Part shown: in pieces, positions 61,860-64,000 of the stretch | How positions within the stretch are numbered: the stretch's first letter is position 1 | How the letters are laid out: each line of letters opens with the position of its first letter | NCBI GenBank assembly: GCA_025359805.1 | Contig: JANYDU010000046.1 | Coordinates: 20,900-84,899 of the forward strand | Length of the DNA stretch: 64,000 nt | Direction: 5' to 3' | From: Bacteroidota bacterium | GTDB lineage: Bacteria; Bacteroidota; Bacteroidia; UKL13-3 | Made by a program: the position numbers and the translations under genes | The notes under the pieces: model-generated | Told to the model about the DNA's origin: nothing | Seen by the model: only the letters and a program-made list of their open reading frames with translations | The model's database searches: none

Positions 61860-62927
61860 ATGAGTAAACTACCAATTATAGGCATCACACTAGGTGATGT
61901 AAACGGAATAAGCGTTGAAGTAATTATAAAAACGTTAATGGATAATAGAGTGGCTGATTATTGCACACCTGTTGTGTATGGCAACCCAAAAATTATTTCT
62001 TATTGGAAAAAATTAATGGGGCATAATGATTACAATATGCACATTATAAAAAGCATTGATCAAGTACATACAAAAAAAGCAAACATCTTAGTTTGTTGGG
62101 ATGACGAAGTAGAAATTCGTCCAGGAGAAAGCACCGAAGCCGGAGGTAAGTACGCTTTCAAATCATTAGAACTTGCCACAAAAGATGTGAAGGATGGAAA
62201 GATTCATGCTATCGTTACAGGACCATTAAACAAGCACAATGTAAACAATCAACTGCTGCCATTTAAAGGACATACTGAATATTTAGCACAACAAGCCGGC
62301 ACCAATGATTATATTATGATGTTGGTTAGCGAGGATTTAAAAGTTGGTTTGGTAACAGGGCATGTTCCCTTAAAAGATGTTTCTTCAAAACTCACAACTG
62401 ATATTATTTTAAGAAAATTAAAGTTGATGAATAAAAGTTTGAAGGAAGATTTCTCTATTCAAAAACCAAAAATTGCAGTGCTTGGATTAAACCCTCACGC
62501 AGGCGATAACGGATTACTTGGCAACGAAGAAAAAGATATTATTATTCCTGCTGTAACTGCTGCACAAGCTGAAGGAATGGTTGTTTATGGCCCCTACCCT
62601 GCTGATGGATTTTTTGGTTCTCGCCAGCATGAAAAATTTGATGCGGTGCTTGCCATGTATCACGATCAAGGATTAATTCCTTTTAAATATTTAGCCTTTG
62701 AAGATGGAGTAAATTATACTGCTGGATTACCTTTTGTGCGCACCTCACCTGATCACGGAACTGCTTATAATATTGCAGGAAAAAATAGTGCTAATGAAGG
62801 TTCATTTCGAAATGCTTTATACATGGCAATTGATATTGTTAGGCAACGTAACAGCAACTTTAAACTCAACGAAAACTCGCTTCCATTTTCCCTTGCACGC
62901 AAAGAAAGATTTAGAATTGATTTTTAA
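61860..62927 (+). CDS. pdxA: 4-hydroxythreonine-4-phosphate dehydrogenase PdxA family
   Basis: GHTEY, LNPHAG, MYHDQGL, RTSPDHGTA. Confidence 0.93.
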   Translation: MSKLPIIGITLGDVNGISVEVIIKTLMDNRVADYCTPVVYGNPKIISYWKKLMGHNDYNMHIIKSIDQVHTKKANILVCWDDEVEIRPGESTEAGGKYAFKSLELATKDVKDGKIHAIVTGPLNKHNVNNQLLPFKGHTEYLAQQAGTNDYIMMLVSEDLKVGLVTGHVPLKDVSSKLTTDIILRKLKLMNKSLKEDFSIQKPKIAVLGLNPHAGDNGLLGNEEKDIIIPAVTAAQAEGMVVYGPYPADGFFGSRQHEKFDAVLAMYHDQGLIPFKYLAFEDGVNYTAGLPFVRTSPDHGTAYNIAGKNSANEGSFRNALYMAIDIVRQRNSNFKLNENSLPFSLARKERFRIDF

Positions 62928-62933
62928 AAACCT

Positions 62934-63320
62934 ATGAAAAAAATAATACTATCAGTATCCATTTTATTTTTCTGTTTAGCATCACAAGCACAATCACAAC
63001 TTCACGAAAGTTTTAATAAAGAAAAGGAATTAAAAGAGGCATTTGTAAAATTTGATATGTCGAGTTTCTTCTCTGAAAAAACAAATTTTATTTGCGATAC
63101 CATCGAAAAAGAAGTGAACGTAAACGAATTAAATTTGTTGATGAAAACACATATTCCAATGCCCAAAAATACGCAAATTAGAAAAGCATCTGAAACCAAC
63201 AATGGCTACATACAAACATTTGGAATTTATAAAGGAGATGATGCCTTATATTATATCCGATTTACGCTTAGCCCATTAAACAGTAAGCTGGAAGAAGTGA
63301 GCGTTGAAAAAAATAATTAA
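62934..63320 (+). CDS. Small secreted hypothetical protein (possibly DUF4783-like)
   Basis: Signal peptide ending ASQA-Q; short alpha+beta body. Family assignment tentative. Confidence 0.6.
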   Translation: MKKIILSVSILFFCLASQAQSQLHESFNKEKELKEAFVKFDMSSFFSEKTNFICDTIEKEVNVNELNLLMKTHIPMPKNTQIRKASETNNGYIQTFGIYKGDDALYYIRFTLSPLNSKLEEVSVEKNN

Positions 63321-63383
63321 AACATGATATTATGTTATTGGGTATAAACACAATTTATTGTGTTGTTTAAAAAACTATATGAA

Positions 63384-63980
63384 TTAAAACTTTGCGTAGT
63401 TCAAATAAAACTCCATAATATAGAGGCGCTTGTTTCTGATATTATATTTTGAGCATACTCTATTAATCATGTTTTCTACTGCTTTTTTGGGCTCTGTATT
63501 TTTTAACTTTAAAGCTGCACCAATTTCTTCATTGGTCATTTTGTGTTTAACAATCATTTCAATTAAATCCAAATCATTAAAGCAAAATGGTAAATGGTTG
63601 TATCCATTTTTTCTGTTTATTAAACCCAATCCCACACTTAACTCTTCACTTAAATTAGCAATAATATGTTTTTGAATATATGCCTTTGCACCGCAATCAA
63701 ATGCCTTTGAATAATCGCTTCTGTTATTTGATGAAGTGAGTACTATAAATGGAATATGCGGACATTCTATTGATAATCTTCTCATCACTTGAAAACCATT
63801 TTCACCCGGTAGTGAAATATCAACAATAATGGCATCAATATTAAGGGCTTTGTGATTTTTGAAAAAGTGGTTTCCCATACCACAATTAAGTACAATGTTA
63901 AATTTATTATCCTGTTGTAAATAATGCTTAATAACGAGTCTCCAATGTTTACAGTCTTCAATTATTGCTAAGTTGGTCAT
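63384..63980 (-). CDS. Response regulator (receiver plus divergent LuxR/NarL-type HTH)
   Basis: IIED, VDISLPGENG phospho-Asp, LTS, YIQK; C-terminal MTNEEIGAAL...AVENMINRV. Confidence 0.85.
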   Translation of the reverse strand: MTNLAIIEDCKHWRLVIKHYLQQDNKFNIVLNCGMGNHFFKNHKALNIDAIIVDISLPGENGFQVMRRLSIECPHIPFIVLTSSNNRSDYSKAFDCGAKAYIQKHIIANLSEELSVGLGLINRKNGYNHLPFCFNDLDLIEMIVKHKMTNEEIGAALKLKNTEPKKAVENMINRVCSKYNIRNKRLYIMEFYLNYAKF

Positions 63981-64000
63981 TTGTAGTACGAGATTAGTTT

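Noticed and set aside
8444-63675. Numerous 60-126-aa antisense or nested ORFs in the ORF track
   Set aside because: Shadows of well-supported genes, explained by codon bias; no independent signals.

Overview
AT-rich chromosomal window from a Bacteroidota bacterium. The assignment rests on TAnnTTTG-type promoters, mostly SD-less starts, T9SS C-terminal domains and an str-S10-spc-alpha supercluster without tuf. About 17 kb (7509-24665) is the complete rpsL-to-rplQ cluster, including rpmD and rpmJ, which the ORF track missed. The rest is largely housekeeping: rnhB, a GT9 gene with wzx-wzz-wzy/waaL, ald, yceD-rpmF-plsX-fabH-accB-accC, ruvC, greA/HIT, rsmA-mgtE, pepA and pdxA. Three ordinary T9SS cargos are also present (an EEP nuclease, a heparinase II/III-like lyase and an SBBP propeller). 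The best candidate for an undescribed system is a 9-kb three-gene operon at 47933-56917. It encodes a very large TonB-dependent transporter with no SusD partner, a 1327-aa secreted protein with an atypical T9SS-like CTD, and its own PorV-family barrel. Other leads are a small XRE-regulated island with a start-less Cys-rich secreted-protein ORF, an internal rpsH promoter with an S8-site-like hairpin, a lone strong SD before rplF, tandem str promoters flanking a structured leader, and a terminator inside the greA leader. I saw no rRNA, tRNA, CRISPR array or transposase. All family calls are from motif recognition by eye; no database searches were run.
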